Assembly (NCBI GenBank): GCA_964019335.1
Contig: OZ025710.1
Span: forward strand, 1-64,000
Reading direction: 5' to 3'
Source: Diplonema japonicum
Taxonomy: Eukaryota > Protista > Euglenozoa: Diplonemea
DNA length: 64,000 bases
Position 1 is the first letter of the stretch, and every line of letters begins with the position of its first letter. Shown here in pieces: positions 47,801-48,828 of the stretch. A program made the translations under genes and the position numbers. The notes under the pieces are model-generated. The model did not search any database. It saw only the letters and a list, made by a program, of their open reading frames with translations, and had not been told where the DNA came from.

Positions 47801-47908
47801 AATGTCAGAACACTTCACGTCAGGGAAGGGCGTCATGGGCACACCTTGGTTGTAGAAGGTGGCGTGGCACGACGCCGCCAAAGACACCAACATCATCGAG
47901 CGATGCAT
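8900..47908 (-). CDS. Giant type I membrane protein (~13,002 aa): 18 VWA domains, CxW cysteine repeats, ~32 EGF-like repeats, 2 C-type lectin domains, C-terminal EGF, TM helix and acidic tail
   Basis: 39 kb with no stop codon. The first ATG (47908) gives a signal peptide, MHRSMMLVSLAASCHA. There are 18 copies of CPxxDhhhhhDG(S)x(S)M..FGxH..G with later VQFS and TDG motifs. TM helix LPAALILVLWIVIVALIAFLVFSLV lies at ~9032-9106, followed by a 43-aa tail. Confidence 0.95.
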   Translation of the reverse strand: MHRSMMLVSLAASCHATFYNQGVPMTPFPDVKCSDISFTPGAGCSCNTQISGSVVDIEDGFDAATDSLTCGACAGLGITPKFDTTTGILQMSGDATIDQYAQAIASVTFTSTSGAGTSRRLTYNFGHAMYSTHTGNFYEYYPKNNVNCNTVGNCHWDDAQSECADKSKDILGLAGYLITITSQDEQDVASAKLHGEGWIGSADIAKEGEWRWLTGPEGCPPYNLQLTGAARTACDVGYPLPETKNPCSGPDCGQGALIGSGKGSGFVTTAGAYSNWESGEPNEWSQDCPGTCATTGEDYGHYYGSGKWNDYPNGHTSIEGYVCEWGGVGDLCMSKDDVYGSQIVVAGCASYTNQGSCEARLPGGSCKWDTTKNPSCVEAGCHRYGSETTCEGDVMCDWDKTKSPPECVDNYCAVTHTTDADCNADNTADGPCNWSQASGTCQTLVCADVTDKCKCIQSSPQCQWDSSKSSCHNPTVTKTPVCGDLATESTCMADTTCNWDSSKTPLCQLSGCYPLCTEQTCVAKAGCAWTGTDCRREPPGCAGHTDAASCQQDEKCLWNVMWSTANTCVENPCRTHTDQQSCAAVAVEMPSPCTPPAGNPDYCFLNVCDFDSTKTPTCNPKKCLKTSEGKCVAESGCQWVPLQTPPPAGPPSTLVEYCTEEKCKHTTVQLCENDPYCKWDDQKTTCVEAPCPKHPDELTCDQDNVCHWDASKSPPICSPTPCGVKTTQGTCEADTTCMWDATVSPAYCKAATCEKHNVPNPKDKCGCIADPECSWVVDTTGSGNDHCAKTSFSTCPDMDVAFVVDGSGSMSRSFGNHPHGFYGLMETLRDWVKTLPLTGEDHTVGGNSNVKGGGFRLTFIQFSKAEALPREDHPVNCAVGQCTDGLFSGDINELMGDIDWHEANYQGQWTYLHDALLDVADHAFLPSQSPSHRMHIVIIIADGGLTDYNGDACSGTSCGQCPNGCDANWKPTYPGMLDDAQQKLRDEDVIVFGIVMRRFSYHTFQDDNAEAKLKPLVTDPKDDHFMNLMLDEIPGQVLEPFCDPNSKFGKTLIPPVEAKHYQCATWGFKDECNADSLCEWKTPKLTSCSSATGCPELNCQGIPQQYKGLYDCSKCKLQRATVICGATVQSVISGTCEETHCAKCCNKACCDADALCGWITPGETCERKVCEHTDQNACENDPDLLCKWDGSKCDPKPCGSIFVQEKCLNSTNNCQWDTSLDPPICKQIPTCSTKTDPTVCKNDANCEWDCNSTTCRDTKCSYPDTGSCSVDTDCEWLGTMCKEKKCTPAKTQVECKDCDNCVWDAASSTCSEDKCKPLNQADCGSSNVCHWDNNECVTDYCPQYLDDEVKCDHDPRCHWNTATTPPTCQPTTCTTNHNTQYPGLGDAPTQMGTIDDAACTSDPTCKTGTDSKGPYCAPATCSDHTKNCDCIADTNCYWDPAVTPPAPKCKDNKVSSCPDLDVVFVLDGSGSMGARFGTHPHGYYGMLEMLRDWVRTLPLTGEDNTVGINSNVKGGTFRIAFVQFSIENEYWVCKNGANGCDTKYWGCTMPRLSAGKTCSNGQLTGDLNELENDIDWHEANYMGSLTYMAAALDDAVDIFHGSPAHRAHVLVIITDGQMNPVEPQKSTLIPDIRKKLDAEGVVTFGVVVRKSAAHTKADIDAEATLKPVTSDDHDDHFVNVPLDDMLEEVFNDFCDPAGRFGSAIKQQAQNQNSGGTTPPPAQSAAVPCSKWGVKLECRSDQACDWKTPAPTSCPGNGCTNLNCLELPAAQVSAGMACTNCKLSGGAISCTAGSSNQVGSGYCGATKCEEHCEQLPCEQDTANDCFWDTDKCQRKVCSYPDKSTCEADPDDMCMWDTTATPATCVPKKCLHFTPGTCAADTDCQWDPATLACKEKDPDCTTITDKLNCLNHVSGVCDWACASNTCVKKVCNEAAKDPCENSAEGCEWDTGSSICHKQHCVGVTTENACISNTACKWTAATSSCAESKCYKHASEATCQHDTDCEWDPTGCEGCKEKYCFKTFTDSASCNADPKGTCMWDATNKKCIDKTCDAYNNVAMGPDRMCECQADSRCVVDRSVPTAPVCRDQQFTQCPDLDVVVAFDGSTSMNNRFGTHPNGFEGLMEALRDWVQTLPLTGEAAGVTSTDTNGRVRVGFSEWDQGVRLAECPNCACNPVVVKGDGIPSISSMNTQGNNRPADNCGKLTGDKDQLLADLDWHEGESRRPQTLVKEAEEFAGETFKTSPAYRKKILLIFTDGEIQDRGSLGPAGAVLAAEGVQTFGIVLTRGTPNLLDQVNLNALKEIVTDPKDSHALMMQIDDAHQVLDDFCNPNSVFGALITSGSTTKPSTEPACNTVQSIPDCTARTTCQWNSITVACEDHPCFKHCGETDCVADTTNKCKFNNGTLQCEKTVCNDHLNQQACIDNDCTWDATKNPRCIDSPCQATDQGACNNLGKQCTWDTTIQPDPKCVETPCYYDNQTSCVVDTNCEWDDVCPDAADQKCVPKRCSQPDHATQAGCVKDTWCVWTSSLTCELGKCAKYPTEKCCDHDDGCHWDITTTPPVCGEKYCPKTYPTQATKDQCDADSKCMWDSGKLACVEEDCSKLDKCPCRAHPDCYWDAVHNKCTDAKFGECPTMDVIMLMDGSGSMDAWFGNHPHGFYGLIEILRDWAKTLPLTGEKASTNTGAGPASGGLRLGFVQFSGQNPWWFSSGRSEAIQTPDGANKVGTGGHLSGDLGEINDDLDWHEANYMGDGTMIEKGLVMVGDMFDASHQHAVRPRILIIFTDGQIYDPNSLAPARAVLDQEDVQTFGIVIRKQQAHTKADVDAEATLKPITSDAHDDHFQNLMLDEISTKVLGDICDPNGKFGHLIVTSSPSTQAGVHAPCPNHADSHLCNADPGCEWHAAGNECTDSPCIAHCDDQSCIKDTANLCTWNGTDCWKETKCAYTDQTQCVNSPDLCVWDNGVCVLPPCTPNKNQADCEADKDGCAWVNQNGQDVCIVEPCSSAFQSVCLADPACKWDYPLCGNTTKLQCMAKGCDYFTVKGDCDVDVHCVWDAAASTCKDRVCAQFRDERCCDKDSMCKWDITTNPAVCNQKKCPAIQAQQKCDEQSDCMWNTTASPQVCTDLDCSKFPTMCPCNQHSKCYWKPGAGFAGTGACVAVEFGECPTLDIVLVLDGSGSMSAKFGNHPHGFDALMEMMRDWIETLPLNGEDASVGINSKKDNGGVRVGIVQFSGQNYWRSEARRTPGGVGTGGRLSGTLQQLEDDVDWHEDNYMGEGTMIEQGLTQAADMFHASPVDGRQRVLFIFTDGEIFDPNSLAAARAELDREGVQTFGIVVRKATAHTKADLDAEKTLKPITSDPHDDHFKNVMIDEVPDLMKGICDPNGPWGHLIVKDPPQPSSGVHLPCPDYQTQGTCKKDPGCIWSDVGSVCLNSPCLLHCNDSACQSDPNNNCTWVNGSICTNAPDPNCDCAYTTGDPVYNENMCKADAACVWDAANSVCQHDECAAGQPGNLTCGAVNQLCMDPNPAPCTDDFYCDCVPPATRDPKTQPGQAAAVCVLDECVVDCPTCAGTTCSDKNQACFDPSPTVSSLSDWTCTCPPPYTGVAVANAAVCQIDECVDQTCGTCAKTTCSDKNQTCHDPDTTVLSDWTCTCPPPSNQSATAAAVLDCDFDECTIHKDTCENADQTCHDPDHSVTGDWTCNCKPPSNGTATAQVAWCELDECVKTCPSCANTTCTDENQVCEDPNKAAHSTGDWTCTCPPPFTGVATAASAVCKLDECSALCTGTTCANTTCSDANQTCHDPDFTKLSDWTCNCPPPSKQPPSPLKPVMGCEVNECDLHKAVCENQGQVCEDPDQLVADDWKCKCVPPMNGSATAQAADCTIDECVADCATCANDTCSSKNQVCEDPDISVRSTADWTCTCPPPYTGVAIANSATCVLDECAVNCTGPTCANTTCSAQNQTCHDPDTSTLSDWTCTCPPPSSKLPVVGAAVMNCEEDECEKMKQICENVDQTCHDPNQLVPGDWECRCVPPMNGTGVAKPAECTLDECATDCVGPTCANTTCSDATQVCEDPNTAVHSTGDWTCTCPPPYTGVAIGNAAICRIDECVESCPTCADHACSNASQICNDPDTSKLSDWTCSCPPPAQKPPQVGGPVAPSCDVDECTLHKDTCEAQQQTCFDPDQGKSGDWQCKCVPPMNGTATAQPAECTIDECVASCATCANDTCSSQSQTCEDPDTSMHSTSDWTCTCPPPSTGVAIANAAECVIDECVATCPTCSQGTCSSEGQDCHDPNIASTSTGDWICTCPPPSSGFATAKPASPCVVDECKNPDNEKKCADAGQVCVDPVPSLSSRNDWECHCIVPPAIKNASALMNPAECEYPGECETDPEAKKCAAAGHICDDPTPNPMSTGDWVCMCPPPSTGPNVTATTPGGVAGMVCETDECVVVCPTCAQTATSPNNLCTAEGQECKDPDTTKFGDWQCECPTPWTGTPVTGAAANCSLDECVADCPTCSKSACKNAGQTCEDKNTGVHDLKDWVCTCPTPGVGSATAKPATCVCDECKDASQKCAAANQICFDPNTDCNSKDDYTCECEAPYSGTAVAQPATCKVDECKENNATCTAVGQTCNDPDQTKLDDWQCLCPPPSTGMAVGQAADCKLDECVETCATCAGTTCSDADQTCKDPNTDASSKSDWICTCKPPAANNSATGKPAICICDECVDNLVCAGANQTCYDANTVCGTPSDFVCECEPPMIGNATGVPAACSLEECEINGATCLAQGQECFDPDLTKPGDWECRCKPPSSGNATAQPAECVYDECKIQNCSTCANDTCSAAGQDCEDMDTSPSSTSDWVCKCPPPSNHTATGKVAECDLDECKDPTKAGKCTEMCEPGTLDCGQTCYDPNPTTASTGDWECICPPPATGKMVAGPVMHCIYDECEEKETICATEEQKCEDTNQQTLHDWVCECVLPATGNATARPARCLLDECKVQNCPTCANDTCSKVGQECEDPDTTATSTGDWVCKCPPPSTHQATAKPAVCEIDECDIPENNCTANCIIPNTPNCQQVCFDPNTAPDSLGDWTCTCPPPTSGKAQAHAALCTVDECVEHGATCIAEGQTCRDLNTSKLNDWECVCTAPAKGSATAQKATCILNECIEDCDTCSKNTCKDAGQTCEDPNTSESSKSDWTCKCPPPSTNTATGKPATCEVDECKENGWKCTADCTGVLNCAQQCFDPDTNATSLDDWKCVCQPPSTDSAVTKAAICTVEPCIHDNEPACEQDPDGCEWSLLPTPVCKPIPCQHTKEVDCKTETGCEWLVYSGASTNAGTGAVSYEVLVPVKPFPGATCDASCSCATQNAVFVRIGDGYVNGKDSLTCGACTAAVTVNWQAQDGSLTVSGGSGISGDKFAEIVASIEFTTSSTDGGKRSLTWNFGTTLDAAAAATACGGTVDLVGGVCVTEKCDYGTEAKCEADPFCDWVGGTTDPCVIAPCVLYPNEKECSKDPDCRYDVSSSPAMCKEKPCRAFKGTVECNAEDECMWNTTQTKCVEKECSKFNDDRCKCHAEDRCYWDVRSTVPKCVESKFGQCPVLDVVMLLDGSGSMSESFGRHPHGFYAMMEMIRDWVNTLPLTGEDHTVGKASTAPNGGLRMGIIQFSGPIPEAVKTPVGVGSSGYLTGDLAELQGDIDWHEANYIQGSTFIATGLNWAGTMFQFSPSTRERVLIIVTDGAIKDTASLAPAKAVLTAEGVKIFGVVLRKAAVHTKLDIDAEATLKPITSDPHDDHFMNVLIDEMPEQVLNGICDPNSKWGQLLMPGASSESQAGMHKPCPQHLVQTECTTDPGCVWSSVGLSCVDSPCVAHCDEPKCTADTVNHCQWKVVNGTTEASCWVETICPYNDETTCEADPQCDWDASKPDCVERPCNRPTEDECEADVQGCEWIAATSTCVETPCKHTVQADCASDKLCEWDDCAGVAGGGACQKKSCDPTVFTDEVSCTKDTRCQWVSGVTGFTCAQEPCAIHSGERCCNAEGDCHWDISVSPAQCSVKYCAKMNGDQPKCDSDSQCVYENMKCVEKECGKLAECECRKDTDCFWNGDKSFCTPFQYGQCPTLDLVLLIDGSGSMSQSFGRHPHGFDAMMEMLRDWVTTLPLSGEKGSVGVNSQANTGKVRVGIVQFSGQNARGADPGRADAQATPAGVGSSGSLTGDLVELNSDIDWQEDNYYGGGTMISKGLNDVAEMFHASPNDGRQRVLIIITDGQIFDPNSLSQARGELDKERVQVFGVVVRRATAHTPVDDLAEQTLKPIVSVPQDDHFQNLMIDEVPTMVLGDICDPNGKFGKLVVGVNGSTSTGVHKPCKQHALMGECNADAGCVWYDATLSCADTPCMQHCDELTCKNDTANKCAWDSSKGLCQKEPQVGCDSLSVGECPKNPACELSKDNTTCVDKKCVHDTEQGCVADPDKCVWNNIDQTCVEQPCNYPDETSCEGDVLCDWNDGNNPVSYSKDVKMNPFNLTCDSATTCPTMSGCAALVNGAAVSIDSADYIKGKDTLECAECPALGIKTEWSAATGALVLTSANGLDRSLTEFTEAINKVTFVTTSAAGNSRGITWNYGQGVYDARTGHYYRYYASNTVCQATGGVTTAGCTWEDAKQACAAKSFLGVEGYLMTVTTPVETEVATGRIAAEGWMGASVTNGKWTWSTGPEAGSDITSYENWMSGEPSATNGDSYFFPNGEWSSVAKTSDKAVLGYACEWGTANAPACTGSVGKVIVNAGGCAEKKCTETSRTECVADPYCDWIVNTTTCVQKPCTDVMEELPCNRKEGCHWSPSISPAMCVEEPCAKLKDTPTCNADSNCAWEDGKKMCVEKNCNDLTKCNCVEDTKCFWKAVSGGGGSCVKNSYGQCPTMDVVVLVDGSQSMAQSFGHHPHGFFALMEMLGDWIQSLPLNGEAATVGAASQANTGKVRVSVVQFSGRPQFFSPPNTWSGPIINSVAVTPIGVGTAGRLSGVSGELKSDVDWHESNYLEAGTYIAKGLKRAATIFTSSSPVDGRQRVLIIFTDGMIQDAGADKDIMVQARQELDGLSVQTFGIVVRRFAQHTQTDVDAEATLKPIVSAPQDEHFMNLQIDEIPDQALNGLCDPNGPWGHLIVPPQTPSQAGVHQPCQNYIAKTTCVADKGCSWSDVLSACLDSVCVPHCDKLVCEGETSTKCMWDDSLEECFKKPVCQYTDEVSCNNDQECKWDDKCIEKPCDYPDEVSCIADTTYDCVWSTVTKECGEKPCNYNNTAECSADTGCQWEDTCKAPEDQMCIVKPCLYSNETACREDVMCAWNASGCAVATCAHYPDEKCCNRDDGCYWNVQQAPAVCSQLPCRLLGSEGTCNADRNCMWEGSSSTCLEKQCGKYTTRCPCEADPDCFFVVGSNHCTFQRYGTCPTLDVVVLLDGGVSMSRKFGRHPQGYYALVEVVRDWARTLPLSGSAAGAAPANNNAARLAFVQFAGTSLWPAGDAKQALSSTGSGTSEGRLTGVMSEIEKDLEFQEDNFMGGNAARQPVPATTYLLAGLEKASSLFKTSPVDGRKRVLIIVADSPLNDKDKYQTVMADLAAAQVHVFGATVRPFTAQSADDLQADTDVMEVVSNPKDGHFVSVEIDQLAVSLNGLCDPNSQWGQFIAATAVTREPCNLRADKTSCNKDAGCVWFDTTLSCGDSPCLTHCEEAVCKTDTANKCVWNGASCEKEEICKYSDLVACETDPECQVDNGVCIGKKCKHNTEQGCVADPDTCVWNNIDQTCGEKLCNYDNLDQCVLDLKCDWKPLVPECVPKLCTYDNQTACETTEPGMCVWETDKCVPAPCKQYQSEIECKLDDSCDWTTECEPKYCERYETDMNACDNDGLCMWDQTKNKCVDKECGAFQNDTCRCHKDADCFWDKGVCKTAKFGECPTLDIVLAVDGSASMTQTFGRHPHGFYGLMEVLKAWTGKLTLSGEKAGDPTTLTGKTRVGIVQFSGKPAIKIPGTDLVDGAQKTPTGTGSGGRLSGDRTEVSSDLVWQETNFMEGGTYIAAALDVSADMFQASPKDGRKRVLLVFTDGQIQDADKLVDARKRLEQEEVITFGIVVRRFDAHTQTDIDAEATLKPITSEPHAEHYYNLLLDEISDTLDGLCDPNSMWGKYIVDTAQAGVHKPCGNYNEKDVCNADIGCVFRDVLAACVDTPCIKHCSEGLCKNDTTNKCFWKADESVCYKEEGCSKYTGENVCIGDVTCAWRDMKCVDKPCNYPDENSCTADSTYDCEWSSKDGSCTEKPCQHSDEAACTAEAKCLWDKACVGTGIPAMCVLKPCDYSTSADCSADAQCGWSGSACVMKTCSPFADERCCNANEEQHGCHWDVKQSPAICSVGPCREYGESACNSERSCMWEGTECVEKDCNKMTDKCACEADPDCFYSTAPGKPHCTFQRFGTCPTLDVVLLLDGGVSMGKKFGRHPQGFYALVEVVKDWAQTLPLSGEAAGSPTAANSQAVRLAFVQFAGSESWAPSDSRQATTATGAGTSEGRLTGSLAEVEADLTFQETNFMGGSLLMQPTPQTTYLLAGLQKAVSLFRTSPVDGRKRVLIVVTDGELDDADKYQTVRAELDQAQVQIFGVVVRPFDTHTTLDEKAQQTLQPLVSDPKTGHIVNVQVDEIAASLNGLCDPNAAWGKFVGEVAEGRQPCQLHSAKDSCNKDAGCVWFDATLSCADSPCLEHCDSATCIADTLNLCKWNGTVNSCGKVEVCNYPGQTECVNDAECEWKNNACIGKECKHDNEQGCLADPAVCIWDNLNQDCKKKPCVYDNMDSCNLDQECKWNVDAVECEVKKCNYMDKGTCESTEPGMCVWNSNNKCVPAPCKQYANEKLCMADDSCEWSIAIAPGTCNVKYCRKYCDMETSICVEDECNLDPACMTDPVTSICKKKECGMLRNQCDCRKEPDCFWLSGDKTCVDQKYGTCPTLDLVVVFDGSASMSQVFGRHPHGFYGMVEMLRAWVSGLPLSGEKAGAAVTTTPASRKIRVAFVQFSGVATAPLTKTPVAGSAIKTPAGVGTAGRLSGDFAQLSADLDWHEANYMEKGTYVNLGLQMAASILQNSPTDGRRRAVYVITDGQLQDQAYLEDAKAKLDSVGAEVFGIVVRRFASHTKVDTDAEEALKPITSSPHDNHFVNVDMDELASNTGPMTQLCDPATAFGSSIAMGVAGGKHQPCNAYTAKNDCMSDVGCAWNQLSCGTSPCVMHCSEATCNQDVVNDCVNGWDSTEETCYRKEVCAGNQNTCDLETGCQWNTTKSGCEVKPCYHTSEDGCIADTEYVCEWKNSECGVKPCVMSATELECKTEANCEWNTSSSKCTPIKCTPYTVKDDCKSDVMCQWEEVASKCVVRPCVEYADDRSCDADKKCHWDTSAAPGSCQLKPCARYENETTCGLDTGCKWDGAELVCVEKTCHTIPGKCECQQDASCFWSTAGGRARCEEQVFGKCPTLDAVLVLDGSGSMSQSFGRHPHGFYAMMEMIRDWVKTLPLSGELSTVGSNSAPSTGGVRLGLVQFSGEPNSVNPATGGVVNSAQRTPPAVGSGGRLSGDISQLEGDITWHEDNYMAQLTFIEEGLNMAADMLTNDSPLDGRRRIVIIITDGVLMDGDRLTTVRAKLQQLQVITFGIAVRRFNAHSAADDAAEAALKPVVSEKADDHFMSLTMDEIPTEVLTGLCDPDSKWGKFVSATGGGSAGTGNSTIPCVQLDGKITCNRNTGCKWSDTTLSCGVTPCFDHCDQLSCEADVDNHCVFDTATQSCTKKPPCSYTSVPECSKDPECMWESVNSTCVEKPCKHDDEEPCLLDTEGCVWDSVEKKCNPEPCQRQTTSAGCNDLADICTWDVNGKDGPVCKPKRCVSCSAGNQTCCESAENKIWCDYTDSNTCVEKPCVGYVDELSCSSATETQCEWDPTTSPGMCKEKYCAKFNETTCDLEPACAWDFGTCDTKRCENVHEHCACTTDPSCFWHDGTCVDVHYGACPTMDIVVLIDGSSSMTQSFGRHPNGYYALIEMIKDWVYLLPLPGDVGAAGKDPTKYAPGSARVALVQFSGDKNLAGAGSALVSADGAKGRLSGYVPELRQDLSFQEHNHMAKDTFLFEALEMAAGLLSGPAYPVDGRKKIVLVLLGSPVMDESKLAGPLGNLQAAGAHLVGIVVRRSDSHATLDNDAEASLKPIVTEPQAAHFENIAIDDLKAKVFDKWCNPSTSWGSWLVDLKTTDSHLPCSFHHDSAECNRDSGCAWNEGLVACTVTPCLQYCSKNLCVDLSDPSYRCQFNVSGDSTCTKEKICAYVDEQVCLGDYECTWMNDRCEPQPCQHHTEPACVSDLVGCEWTSPGKCTVKKCTFTTSDKCTASGECDWDQAASKCGPKKCTYPVEKDCTDDVKCDWKNAKCEKKRCVEHLEEGSCIAEAGCEWEVDASPAFCKETYCSKWTAETDCNMDAACGWDGAICVPSTCMRYNGKPCDCAADARCFWVESRKSCVEAAFGACPPIDIVVAFDGTTPMQWAFGRHPNGYDALMEMLKDWVKILPLNGDSYIVPKASVKTAGTRVAFVQIGSSVQSMLVTSPTNPSTPSAAGLLSGNLDQLLGDLAFHSANMLGGSGRYMEKAVQHAESVLSSQSPTTRKQVVLMLTSGKVSDEDKLKLAMATLSPTVQVFGVTLRRLNTRTAEDNAAADQMKTLVSVSHDEHFLDLEVDELNEKVFTALCDKTKTFGEAMLKGSGSAAPAVVGVNQPCTTYAVAGNCDADTGCAWSESLLLCTTHTCRTYGCDQTACTADSACEWNTQEGSCYKKPPTCPSQTTQPTCEAVTENGGCAWVMVDVNIYRCVAKPCVGHTAEDSCITDPNVCEWNSKTSTCTKKECTYVSEQECVAAPEVCEWSVDHCKKTRCTAADEATCVTDDACEFDTVCKFKKCRQHDDEQTCDHDYECHWDVSVAPSKCDTKVCTRYASEGACETDPELRCSWDATNNKCVDKDCSKITTPCPCNKDLGCFWDTTFGANGACVSGSFGGCPLMDVVVLVDGTTSMKSAFGRHGSGYQAVMEFLRDWAKTLPLSGDSGKVAGSVKVDNGVRVGVVQFAAQGRATKTGPSVGSGGHVTGLMSEFEADLDYHEAKMIDTDEAYIAGGLRLAQDMFTRPERKKVLIVISDSILIDAGRAEVNSAVSELFGAGVQVFGVLLRPAAAFPSTAGDARDAMLNVLSDVRDEHFLDAQMEDLKAILNALCDPQQQFGRLIASAEGSGVGALKPKQPCPMYFEKNNCNKDAACRWSATLLVCSDSACVRHCDEAVCKADSSNLCEWDATQAICYKKPICDHPMTECSADPGCEWKAADSVCIEKECQHQAESGCLSDPIGCIWDSTKDHCNPRPCTYNTMESCKLDQKCEWDAEIVGTQKWASCVETPCTTTDPSECLKDSRKCEWESNKCNVKPCVQYLDEKTCDHDLGCHWDVSESPTICSEKYCRKHKAEGVCNDDMKCSWNSADNLCKEVVCSDLADQCACNDKEFCSWDTKNSVCKNVDFGGCPSMDVAVVFDGSGSMSQSFGRHPHGFYAMIEALRDWFKTLPLTKEPAATSATQASGVRIGLVQFSAPNKALATPPGTGTGGRFSGSIAELNVDLDWHETNYAMQQTYISEALQFAGLMFQSAAASGRAKILLILTDGKIHDASQLSSARALLDSQGVQTFGVVLRRFSQHTQTDIDAEQVLSTIVSEPRADHYMNIPLDDFSESVLKDFCNPNSKFGKIILDYQGATGAGHVPCGSFGEASVCLKDGLCYWSDTDVACQWSSCHKHCNMDVCVSNNDEQGKKCAWTNGQCERVVECKATTENECRAQECYWDLLDPSKPTCIVMPCTATAEDGCLADPHGCEWDDVTTICKIKECNDKTQMPCDAKANCKWDAAIDQCVERPCVPYKDQTECEKHSFDCKWEGGVCTVIDGCVAHTNEKECGIDASGDCEWKTAHSPVHCGVKKCRVYKTEGDCEAVDKGAQDGCAWDSNKMKCDEGVSLCKDETQPCSCGQVPGCMWEAKTSKCVASMFANCPAVDLVVAVDGSLSMADRFGRHPHGFFAVTEMVLDLSKTLPLTGEAAGVASDASLASGFRVGLVQFSGKGEAMKAPKGTGTEGRLSGVLAEVDGDVHWHEGQFTSHAKDASYLTQAMEMAAKMFESSPADRKKVLIVVADGEIPDAEAPSMVTVSGLLEQQRVQVFATHVRRFSTSSPQDEEERAKMEAFVTSPTNSHAVDATMAELEEMLFNLCNENSTFGYFLSKHGESVHKSSCSEWAMPAGCETDSSCMWSMVKESCAVSPCVQHCSQANCEADVANMCGWDGASCSRKVCTYTPKDTCNAVQGCRWTTGVTGVEECKPDVGCPAKYTEDICDTDSNCKWDASDNQCKERHGCVVYTSLPECNADGECAWNTATSQCEDKTGCAVHIVEKTCTPDTLCLWDVALDVCVEKNCAYYKTSMSCEAPEVAGACKWNTTEGKCVEVEGCASYNADTTTAQANCNDDILCVWKATENTCVDKSGCAKYPNEVICDRNQDENDVQCKWNGTDCEQAKGCARHTDSTTCFGNPTENCDWFTSDDTGGSEAVCAEKCPERTSEDVCVEQAGCGWVDAKCVKLGCAVHTMEQPCNDDSRIGGCEWLPDQNKCMPKNPGACIIRTDEESCVAGTGSELNKCKWVEADNKDAAPKQKDGACIVNPNHGKCGESNVECCKCKPGWSGPECNLCGFEESSDREMCTLCSREGTCSNHGKCGEDNLCVCDGGWAGADCSLRGCTDTQPYWYTAYPNQPLKEKKFSLIIHGCFNASSTKDRVVRVVNATGNPVEDCKQETSRCTETNTGNGLNIGAGDCAKAVQQNASLVEPVAEMELLVDVTATFEASKSENEYTVCWFDGTSFKPLETHDRDGNRKDTIKVTAEADADTGLTSERDNNGNGEECCEGLKLGEACLPAALILVLWIVIVALIAFLVFSLVKSQKEKSDLDDGSKNKKFDDFEMEDGNRTMLRDEDGDKSGAVN
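32150..37425 (-). repeat. Block of ~32 EGF-like coding repeats (~49-58 aa each) in the giant protein
   Basis: Consensus DEC...C...Q.C.DP.....DW.C.C.PP..G.A....A.C, counted by eye. Much of the block has a three-unit higher-order period. Confidence 0.85.
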
Positions 47909-47977
47909 CTTAGGAGTGTGCACTCCGGAGGGTACTTTCTTTTTTATGTTACCCTATCTACTTTCTTTTTAAAATTC

Positions 47978-48047
47978 CTGTAGTGAGTTATGATAGGTTA
48001 TGAAGAATCAGCTAGATATACAGTTGAACGGGAAGCAAGGGAAAAAA
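47978..48047 (-). promoter_or_regulatory. Putative trans-splice acceptor for the giant gene
   Basis: Pyrimidine tract TTTTTTCCCTTGCTTCCC followed by ...CTCACTACAG|G, 69 nt upstream of the ATG. Confidence 0.4.
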
Positions 48048-48828
48048 CGAGTGTTTATCAGCGAGCTGGCCCAGCGCTACATAAGTAGCGTATTGAAACC
48101 AACCCGAATGGCCTCTACCCACAAGAAAAGAGTGCTTAGAGGAAGGTCTCTGTCGCACACTGTGCTGGCGTCGTAGCAAGTCTGGATAGCACAGCACAGA
48201 CAAGACGTCCGAACGCTCGTTGCGATACAAACGGCAGGCTTGCCTGTGTTATGGTATTGGCAAGTACTCCCTTTCTGGAGGCTCTTTTTGTTCTGGTTGC
48301 GGCGACGGCATTTCGCTGCCTTGGCACAAGGGACTTACACCTACACCCTTGTTTTGCTTTTCGTCGGGAGAGGTATTTTTTGGTATTCCGTGCAGTGTTC
48401 CGCTTTCTCATTTATTTTTGATCGTGCGTGTTTTCAGCTTATCGCCTCAAAGCCCAGAGCTGACAACATAAACCCGAGAACTCTTCGACCTTCTTACGAT
48501 TGTGCAGCGCGTCCCTGACCACTGGACCAAGCAAATGCCAAACGAGCCATGAAGGCAAGGTCACGTGCACAGGGCTATTGTTAAAGGGAGGGTTGGGTTT
48601 GTTTGTATGAAATATTCTGTGGTAGTCTACTGACCAAGAAACTGATGCCAAAGTGATACAAACTAGGTAATAAAAACGGAACAGAAAATGGAGGAGAAAA
48701 AAAAAAAAGAAAAAAAAAAAGAGAAAAAAAAAACCCCCTATGGCTCTGAGCGGACCCTGGGAAACAGAGCTGTGCTCGAAAATCTAAACAATTTCTAACT
48801 CTCTAAGGGTACGGACGGTCTATGTTCA

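Noticed and set aside
8889-47983. Many long + strand and off-frame ORFs overlapping the giant CDS (likewise in the tyrosinase and LINE)
   Set aside because: Shadow ORFs from GC-rich codon bias, with no recognisable domains.
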